From Lutispora sp. (GTDB lineage Bacteria > Bacillota > Clostridia > Lutisporales > Lutisporaceae), in the NCBI GenBank assembly GCA_028709965.1, contig JAQUTA010000001.1:2521-66520 (forward strand): a stretch of DNA of 64,000 nucleotides, in the 5' to 3' direction. Shown here one piece after another: positions 57,692 through 64,000 of the stretch. Position numbers and translations under genes: made by a program. Each line of letters starts with the position of its first letter. Positions within the stretch are counted from its first letter, which is position 1. The notes beneath the pieces were generated by a model that had not been told where the DNA came from, did no database searches, and saw nothing but the letters and a program-made list of their open reading frames with translations.

Positions 57692-59155
57692 ATGGAAGGA
57701 GAAATGATAATGTCTAACAAAGTGAGGCAAAAAAAAGAGGCTACGGTAATAGAAGCTCTAATTCCCATAGCCCTTACAGTAGTTATTCTGATGTATACCA
57801 TACTGGTTCTTGGGGGAGATGTTCATATTCCCCTTGTTTTGGGTTCAATCATAACTGCTTTAATAGCAGTTTACAGATTGGGCTTCACTTGGGGTGAAAT
57901 CGAAGAAGGTTTTATTTTAACAATCAGTAGCACAATGCAAGCTATTATAATTCTCGCAATCATAGGTATGATCATAGGTACATGGATTCTTGGAGGTATA
58001 GTGCCTACACTAATCTTCTACGGTTTAAAGGTGTTGTCACCTGGGTTCTTCCTTATTGCTTCTATGTTGCTATGCAGTGTAGTATCTCTTGCAACAGGCA
58101 GCTCATGGACCACCGCAGGTACAGTCGGTATTGCCCTTATGGGTGTTGCAGCAGGTCTTGGAGTTCCTGGACCAATGGCAGCAGGTGCTATAATATCAGG
58201 TGCATATTTTGGTGATAAACTGTCACCTCTTTCCGATACTACAAACTTAGCACCAGCTATGGCAGGCTCAAATCTTTTTGACCACATAAAACATATGTTT
58301 TATACCACAGGCACAAGTTATGCCATTGCTCTTATAGCCTTCGGAATAATGGGAGCTCAATTTTCAGGCAAAGATCTTGATGTCGCAGCAATTAATGAAC
58401 TTTTGAACGTTATGAATGCTAACTTCCGAATTAGCCCTATACTTCTATTGGTGCCTATAATAGTAATTGTTCTGGTTGCCATGAAAACCCCTGCTATACC
58501 AGGACTTATGTTTGGCACAATCCTCGGCGGTGTTGCAGCATTATTATTCCAGGGCGCTAGCCTTGGAGCAGTTTTAGATGCTATGCAATACGGTATAGTT
58601 TCTGAAACCGGAAATCCACTATTAGATGATCTGCTCACTCGTGGTGGTTTGCAAAGTATGATGTGGACCATATCCCTTATCATGTGCGCATTAACCTTCG
58701 GTGGAATGCTTGAAAAATCAGGCATGTTAGATACATTGGCGAAGAGGATACTTGGCTTTGCAAAGAGCACTGGTTCTCTAGTTCTAGTTACAGTTGTCTC
58801 TGCAATATTTGTAAATGCATTAGCAGGAGATCAATACCTGGCAATTGTTCTTCCCGGCAAAATGTACAAAGATGAATACCATAAGAGAGGCTTAGCACCA
58901 AGAAATCTTTCAAGAGCTCTTGAAGATGCTGGTACCATGACATCATCACTATTCCCATGGAATACCTGTGGTGCTGCCATGTCAGGTTACCTAGGTATCC
59001 CAACATGGAGCTATGTTCCATATGCCATTCTTAATCTTGTCAGCCCTATTGTATCAGTCGTGTTTGGTTATACAGGCATTACTATGATGAAGCTTGAAGA
59101 TGACCCATCTGCACCGGAATACAAAGGTAACAAGGTAAAAACAGCAAACGTATAA
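57692..59155 (+). CDS. nhaC: NhaC family Na+/H+ antiporter or amino-acid transporter
   Basis: GSSWTT, GAYFGDKLSPLSDTTN, RGG and LSRALED motifs. Confidence 0.92.
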   Translation: MEGEMIMSNKVRQKKEATVIEALIPIALTVVILMYTILVLGGDVHIPLVLGSIITALIAVYRLGFTWGEIEEGFILTISSTMQAIIILAIIGMIIGTWILGGIVPTLIFYGLKVLSPGFFLIASMLLCSVVSLATGSSWTTAGTVGIALMGVAAGLGVPGPMAAGAIISGAYFGDKLSPLSDTTNLAPAMAGSNLFDHIKHMFYTTGTSYAIALIAFGIMGAQFSGKDLDVAAINELLNVMNANFRISPILLLVPIIVIVLVAMKTPAIPGLMFGTILGGVAALLFQGASLGAVLDAMQYGIVSETGNPLLDDLLTRGGLQSMMWTISLIMCALTFGGMLEKSGMLDTLAKRILGFAKSTGSLVLVTVVSAIFVNALAGDQYLAIVLPGKMYKDEYHKRGLAPRNLSRALEDAGTMTSSLFPWNTCGAAMSGYLGIPTWSYVPYAILNLVSPIVSVVFGYTGITMMKLEDDPSAPEYKGNKVKTANV

Positions 59156-59169
59156 TAATAAACTAATAT

Positions 59170-59207
59170 AAAAATAACCCCATTGAATCATCAATGGGGT
59201 TATTTTT
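59170..59207. terminator. Bidirectional terminator
   Basis: AAAATAACCCCATTGA..TCAATGGGGTTATTTT. Confidence 0.88.
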
Positions 59208-59287
59208 GGTTATTGTAGAAAACATATACAAGGATATCTAAGGTAGTTATGTCTATACTAATTGCATGAAAGAAAGATTTTTTAGAT

Positions 59288-60514
59288 TTATCTAACTCTA
59301 GTACAGCCCATGCTATCCATAAATTCTTCTATAGTATCAACATGATCTCCTCTAATTATTAAGTGATGGTTTGCTATTGGATTTTTAAAAAAGTAATTTA
59401 CGCTTTCATCCATTTTAATCCTGAGCTGAGTTCTGCACATACTCGAGCTGTTTAGATTATCCAATATTTCTCCTTTTGATAGGAAATACTTTTTAAGGTC
59501 TGACCCACCGCACTTGAAAATTGTCACTGGTCCTTTTTTTATTTCTCCTTGAATACCTATTCCTTTTAAAGATTCAAAGTGATTTCTGATTACATATCTT
59601 TCCGTTATGGATGTAGCCAGCGTACAGTGAGCAAAGATTACCTCATTCAATTCTTGATCAATAAAAGCTGGGTTTGACATAAAAGGTACCTCATATGTTA
59701 GCAGCTTAGCCAGATACATTGAAAAAACGGTCTGGCAGTCTCCTTCACATCCTGATATGATTCCCTCATCGTTCATCAGAGATAAAGCAAGGCACCCAGT
59801 AGTATTATGTCTATCCAGTACTTCAAAGCATTTCAAAGTTACAGCATCTAAGCCATTCTTATTGCACAATTCCTTCATGGCTAGGTATACTCTAGCTGCA
59901 TCAGTCACATCTTCTTTCTTGGGTTCTTGTATAGCGGAAGAATTACTTATAAATCTATCTGCTATTTCTTTTGAATCCTCTTTTGATGTATTGCTTAGTA
60001 AATCTGATAATTCGGATATCTCAATATTTTTATAGGTTATGCCCCAGTTTCTCTTGGCATCTATATAGTTTACATCACTGGCAATAAGCCATGATGAAGG
60101 AAAACCTACCACTCCTATGGTGGATTTTTTTAGTTTGTTGGATACATTAATTATATTGCTTAATGATTTGATCCTTTTTTTCAAATACTCCGGTTTCCCA
60201 TGAAGTATCTGAGAAGTTCCCCCCACACCATTTATCCAAGACTGTATTTCTAATGATGCAGCCAATGAGTTGTGCAGCCCATCTGTTAATAATATTATAG
60301 GCTGAGGAAGCTCATTATAAATGTTTTTAAACATCTCCTCTGTACCCCCAGAAGCTACAAATACAATAGGCATATCTATATATTGTGCTTCTGCCGAAGT
60401 AATAAATCTAATAGAAAAGTCCTTTCTTAAACTACTGATCAATTCATAATGCGAGTTTTCTATAGAAGTAATGTCATGCAATGCTGATACAATAGTTATC
60501 AAACCTAGTTCCAT
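59288..60514 (-). CDS. L-fucose/L-arabinose isomerase-like protein
   Basis: GGTE, NSLAASLE, GCEGD, AHC, CRTQ and ANHH motifs. Confidence 0.78.
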   Translation of the reverse strand: MELGLITIVSALHDITSIENSHYELISSLRKDFSIRFITSAEAQYIDMPIVFVASGGTEEMFKNIYNELPQPIILLTDGLHNSLAASLEIQSWINGVGGTSQILHGKPEYLKKRIKSLSNIINVSNKLKKSTIGVVGFPSSWLIASDVNYIDAKRNWGITYKNIEISELSDLLSNTSKEDSKEIADRFISNSSAIQEPKKEDVTDAARVYLAMKELCNKNGLDAVTLKCFEVLDRHNTTGCLALSLMNDEGIISGCEGDCQTVFSMYLAKLLTYEVPFMSNPAFIDQELNEVIFAHCTLATSITERYVIRNHFESLKGIGIQGEIKKGPVTIFKCGGSDLKKYFLSKGEILDNLNSSSMCRTQLRIKMDESVNYFFKNPIANHHLIIRGDHVDTIEEFMDSMGCTRVR

Positions 60515-60547
60515 AATAATCCCCCTATATAATCTTAATATAGTTAT

Positions 60548-60637
60548 CTATTGAATAATAAATATTGATATAATTATAGGCAGCACCATCGCAATAATTA
60601 TCAATATGCTTAGTATAACTGCAACTTTCCTCTTCAA
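60548..60637 (-). CDS. 29-aa single-TM miniprotein, absent from the ORF track
   Basis: GAGGTG RBS then TTG; MKRKVAVILSILIIIAMVLPIIISIFIIQ. Confidence 0.55.
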   Translation of the reverse strand: MKRKVAVILSILIIIAMVLPIIISIFIIQ

Positions 60638-60699
60638 GCTATCACCTCGCCCTATGCTATTTAGGCAACCGGATTTTGGCATTTTCTCTTATATATTTT

Positions 60700-60723
60700 A
60701 AAAGCAGACTTTCGTCTGCTTTA
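60700..60723 (-). terminator. Terminator of the obgE operon
   Basis: AAAAGCAGAC-TTTC-GTCTGCTTTT. Confidence 0.8.
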
Positions 60724-60733
60724 TTATATAATT

Positions 60734-60919
60734 TTAAGCTTCTACTTCTTTTTTGATCTTTCTACGATGAGTCTCGTAATTCGAGTCCCCCTTTTTCCAT
60801 CCGCTCCTGCACTTTTCAGCATTATTTGCGTAGTTCTCATTAATGATTATTTGATTTTTCGCTATACAGAAGTACGTTGGGGTATTCTGTTTACAATTTT
60901 CACATTGTATGCAGTCCAT
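60734..60919 (-). CDS. Small Cys-rich hypothetical protein
   Basis: GGAGG RBS; CIQCENC..FC. Confidence 0.7.
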   Translation of the reverse strand: MDCIQCENCKQNTPTYFCIAKNQIIINENYANNAEKCRSGWKKGDSNYETHRRKIKKEVEA

Positions 60920-60943
60920 GATAATAAACTGACCTCCGCTTTA

Positions 60944-62221
60944 TTAATCATAATATTCAAATTCAATGCTACCCATTTTTACAGTATCACCATCATTTAT
61001 TCCCATGCTTTTCAACTCATCGATAATACCCCTCTTTCTAATGACCCTCTGAAAGTATTTGACAGAATCGCTGTCATCCATGTTCACAGATGCTAAAAGT
61101 CTTTCTGCTAAAGGTCCTGAAATGACATATATGTCATTCTCTATCCTTATTTCGAAGTCTTTTTTATCCGTATATTTATGATACAACAAATCCTTGTCTA
61201 CTTCAACAATTTCTTCTTCACCTTCCATCGTTTCTAGTATATTATATACTCTGTCAAGCATAGGCTTTATTCCCATCTTTGTTGCTCCGGAAACAGGGAA
61301 AATATCATAGCCTTCACTAGGTAAAAAAAGTCTCACTCTTTCAAAATTCTTTTCCGAATCTGGTATATCCATTTTATTACATGCAACTACTTGGGGTTTA
61401 GAAGCAAGTTTCTCACTATATAGTCTTAATTCATTGTTAATTTTTCTAAAATCTTCTATGGGGTCTCTCCCTTCAGTGCCTGATACATCCAGCACATGAA
61501 TTATAACCTTTGTTCTTTCAATATGTCGTAAAAAATCATGGCCGAGCCCTACCCCTTCATGGGCTCCTTCAATCAATCCTGGTATATCGGCCATAACAAA
61601 ATTTCTTTCCGAATCCAGCTCAACCACACCTAAATTCGGAGATAAAGTGGTAAAATGATAGTTAGCAATTTTAGGTGTTGCAGCGCTTACAACAGAAAGG
61701 AGCGTGGATTTTCCCACGTTTGGAAATCCTACCAGTCCAACGTCAGCGATGAGCTTCAGTTCCATCTCAATCTCCATTTCCTCACCTTTTTCACCCGGCT
61801 GTGCAAATCTAGGAGTTTGTCTTGTGGATGTAGCAAACTGAGCATTGCCTTTGCCTCCTCTTCCACCCTTAGCCACCATAAGCTCTTGATCTTCATGTCT
61901 TAAGTCTCCCAGCGCTCTTTTGCTTTCTCCATCTATTATCACTGTCCCCACCGGCACCTTGATATATAAATTATCTCCGCTTTTACCATAACAATTTTTT
62001 GCTCCTCCTGTTTGACCAATCTCTGCAATATGCTTTCTTTTGTAGCGAAAATCCATCAGTGTTCTCATACTGCTATCTGCAATAAATATTACACTGCCTC
62101 CGTTGCCTCCATCACCACCGTCTGGACCTCCATTAGGAATATATTTTTCTCTTCGAAAAGATATTTTGCCATCTCCGCCATCTCCGGCTTTAATGTATAT
62201 TTTAACTTTATCTATAAACAT
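60944..62221 (-). CDS. obgE: GTPase Obg
   Basis: Gly-rich Obg domain; GFPNVGKST, DIPG and NKMD motifs. Confidence 0.97.
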   Translation of the reverse strand: MFIDKVKIYIKAGDGGDGKISFRREKYIPNGGPDGGDGGNGGSVIFIADSSMRTLMDFRYKRKHIAEIGQTGGAKNCYGKSGDNLYIKVPVGTVIIDGESKRALGDLRHEDQELMVAKGGRGGKGNAQFATSTRQTPRFAQPGEKGEEMEIEMELKLIADVGLVGFPNVGKSTLLSVVSAATPKIANYHFTTLSPNLGVVELDSERNFVMADIPGLIEGAHEGVGLGHDFLRHIERTKVIIHVLDVSGTEGRDPIEDFRKINNELRLYSEKLASKPQVVACNKMDIPDSEKNFERVRLFLPSEGYDIFPVSGATKMGIKPMLDRVYNILETMEGEEEIVEVDKDLLYHKYTDKKDFEIRIENDIYVISGPLAERLLASVNMDDSDSVKYFQRVIRKRGIIDELKSMGINDGDTVKMGSIEFEYYD

Positions 62222-62353
62222 GCTTCTCACCTCATATTTCTTTGTGGCCTAATCTGCTGCTTCTCTTTTCATATTATAATACATATGTACTATTTTATCC
62301 TATAGAGTAACAAAAAAGGCACAGCCTTGCTGCACCTATAAGTATCTGATAAA

Positions 62354-62635
62354 TTAAGCTACAGGATAAACACTTACCTGCTTTTTATCCTTGCCTTTTC
62401 TCTCAAATTTTACAACACCTTCTACCTTAGAAAACAATGTATCATCTTTGCCTATACCCACATTATTGCCTGGGTGTATCTTGGTGCCTCTTTGTCTTAC
62501 TAATATGCATCCTGCATTAACTCCCTGACCATCAGCTCTTTTAACTCCCAATCTCTGAGAATGGCTGTCACGTCCGTTTCTTGAGCTGCCCACTCCCTTT
62601 TTGTGAGCAAACAATTGAAGATTTATGTTAAACAT
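62354..62635 (-). CDS. rpmA: 50S ribosomal protein L27 with cleavable N-terminal extension
   Basis: MFNINLQLF|[15 protein letters not shown]. Confidence 0.98.
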   Translation of the reverse strand: MFNINLQLFAHKKGVGSSRNGRDSHSQRLGVKRADGQGVNAGCILVRQRGTKIHPGNNVGIGKDDTLFSKVEGVVKFERKGKDKKQVSVYPVA

Positions 62636-62638
62636 AAA

Positions 62639-62974
62639 TTACACCTCCTTCTTTACAATCAACCTTATATAAGGCGAGTAATTAGTCTCTATATTTCTTA
62701 AACCTAGAATCATTGTATCCAATATTGCATGGGCTTTAAGTTTTTTGGCTCCATCCTTAATATGAGGTAATGAAAAACTTAATAGTCCTTCCTCGATGCA
62801 GTATTTGAAATCTAATTTAACAACTTCAACAAGACCCAAAAGAGCTGTTTGAGTGAGTGCTGAAACAGCACTGCACACAATATCACTGCCATGTTCGCTA
62901 AAATCAGCGTGTCCATTAACCTTTAGCTCTTTTATTTTATCTTCTGCTGTCGTAAGAATATTTACTGTAATCAT
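62639..62974 (-). CDS. prp: Ribosomal-processing cysteine protease
   Basis: GHA..GSDIVCSAVS; located between rplU and rpmA. Confidence 0.95.
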   Translation of the reverse strand: MITVNILTTAEDKIKELKVNGHADFSEHGSDIVCSAVSALTQTALLGLVEVVKLDFKYCIEEGLLSFSLPHIKDGAKKLKAHAILDTMILGLRNIETNYSPYIRLIVKKEV

Positions 62975-62980
62975 ATAGCA

Positions 62981-63292
62981 TTACGCATTAATTTTTTCAA
63001 TTTTAACTTGGGTAAATGGTTGTCTATGTCCTTGTTTCTTCCTGTAATCCTTCTTGGATTTGTACTTAAAAACTATTACCTTTTTTGTTTTACCATTTTT
63101 TAGTACAGTTCCATCTACGCTCACTCCACTTATTACTGGAGCTCCTGTTTTGATTTCACCATCTCCGCTAATCAAAAGAACTTCATCAAAAGATACTTTA
63201 GCTCCATCTTCATATGGAAGCTTTTCTACCCATATTACGTCACCTTCGCTGACTCTGTATTGTTTTCCACCAGTTTTTATTATTGCATACAT
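62981..63292 (-). CDS. rplU: 50S ribosomal protein L21
   Basis: [18 protein letters not shown]. Confidence 0.98.
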   Translation of the reverse strand: MYAIIKTGGKQYRVSEGDVIWVEKLPYEDGAKVSFDEVLLISGDGEIKTGAPVISGVSVDGTVLKNGKTKKVIVFKYKSKKDYRKKQGHRQPFTQVKIEKINA

Positions 63293-63299
63293 TAGGCAA

Positions 63300-63375
63300 T
63301 GCACCTCCTTTAAAATAAGTCTCGCCGGATGCAAGGTAATATTTTTAGACCCGACCCGAGCGGATATGCCTACAC
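63300..63375 (-). promoter_or_regulatory. L21 ribosomal protein leader
   Basis: CCGC..ACCT..GGCGAG elements upstream of rplU; promoter TTGACA-17-TAAAAT at 63382-63410. Confidence 0.7.
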
Positions 63376-63433
63376 CGTAATATTTTATCACAGGGTCTTT
63401 TCTTTGTCAAACATAGTTATTTCTATTTATACA

Positions 63434-64000
63434 TCATTTAAGTATCCTAAATTCATCCCTAGGAGTAGAAACATCTGGAATAATTCTAATACTTTTATTA
63501 TGTTTTTTGCACAAAGCTTCAATATCTTCATTATATATATTGTTAAAGTCTTCTGCCATATCAGGGTGTACGAGTATTTCAACTTTTTTATAGCTTTTAT
63601 TGAACAAAGCCTTATTTATTTCCATCTCAATCTTCTTTAGTATAATTTGCTTTGACAATATCTTACCTGTGCCTAAGCAATGGGGACATGTAGATTGCAT
63701 AAGGTTGGCTTTTGGCTGAACCACCTTTTTTCTTGTCATCTCTACCAAGCCAAGATGGGTCATACCCCAGACGCAGCTTCTGCTCTTATCCTTCTTTAAT
63801 GCAGTTTTGAGGACTTCTAGCACTATGTTTTCGTGACTGCTATCATTCATATCAATAAAATCAATTATTATAATACCTCCGATATCTCTAAGCCTCAGTT
63901 GTTTTGCGATCTCTTTTGCAGCCTCAATATTCGTTTTCAATACAGTATCAGTTAAATCCTTGCTTCCCACATACTTGCCTGTGTTTACATCAACTGCAGT
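63434..64000 (-). CDS. rng: RNase E/G family ribonuclease (3' part)
   Basis: DVNTGKY, LRDIGGIIIIDFIDM, EMTRK and CPHCLGTG motifs. Confidence 0.93.
   Translation of the reverse strand, partial: TAVDVNTGKYVGSKDLTDTVLKTNIEAAKEIAKQLRLRDIGGIIIIDFIDMNDSSHENIVLEVLKTALKKDKSRSCVWGMTHLGLVEMTRKKVVQPKANLMQSTCPHCLGTGKILSKQIILKKIEMEINKALFNKSYKKVEILVHPDMAEDFNNIYNEDIEALCKKHNKSIRIIPDVSTPRDEFRILK

Noticed and set aside
1-64000. CRISPR array, transposases, prophage genes, and the many short antisense ORFs in the track
   Set aside because: No repeat-spacer periodicity or mobile-element proteins were seen; the antisense ORFs are shadows of well-supported genes

Overview
Chromosomal window from an AT-rich anaerobic Firmicute (Clostridia-like gene set); most genes are on the minus strand. 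From left to right: (1) a selenium-dependent glycine reductase operon (grdX-trxB-trxA-grdE-grdA-grdB-grdC-grdD, with grdD cut by the window edge) under a tandem glycine riboswitch, with in-frame UGA (Sec) codons in grdA and grdB; (2) two degV genes, trmL, a large secreted nucleotidase, a DUF362 gene and a Cof hydrolase; (3) a GC-richer three-gene islet downstream of an unusual 77-nt tRNA-Leu(CAG) that lacks the long variable arm. The islet encodes an HTH-like protein, a membrane Ser/Thr kinase with LRRs and an SLH surface protein, with a palindrome and a REP-like element between the last two; (4) a MoxR/DUF58/transglutaminase trio, a VanW-family gene and an FtsA-like paralogue; (5) a hidden UxxC selenoprotein TlpA with a 44-aa CxxC peptide and a membrane polyferredoxin; (6) a TPP riboswitch with thiT, and ogt; (7) an StnABC-like (NuoE/NuoF/GltD-NuoG fusion) flavin/Fe-S complex; (8) tRNA-Thr with a third degV, a radical SAM/TIGR03915 pair preceded by SOS-like boxes, an orphan EctA-like GNAT, ltaE, a B12/iron-chelate ABC transporter, HD-GYP, fba, a DUF5685/J-domain cluster, nhaC and the rng-rplU-prp-rpmA-obgE block. 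No CRISPR array, integrase or transposase was seen. All calls come from reading motifs by eye; no database searches were run.
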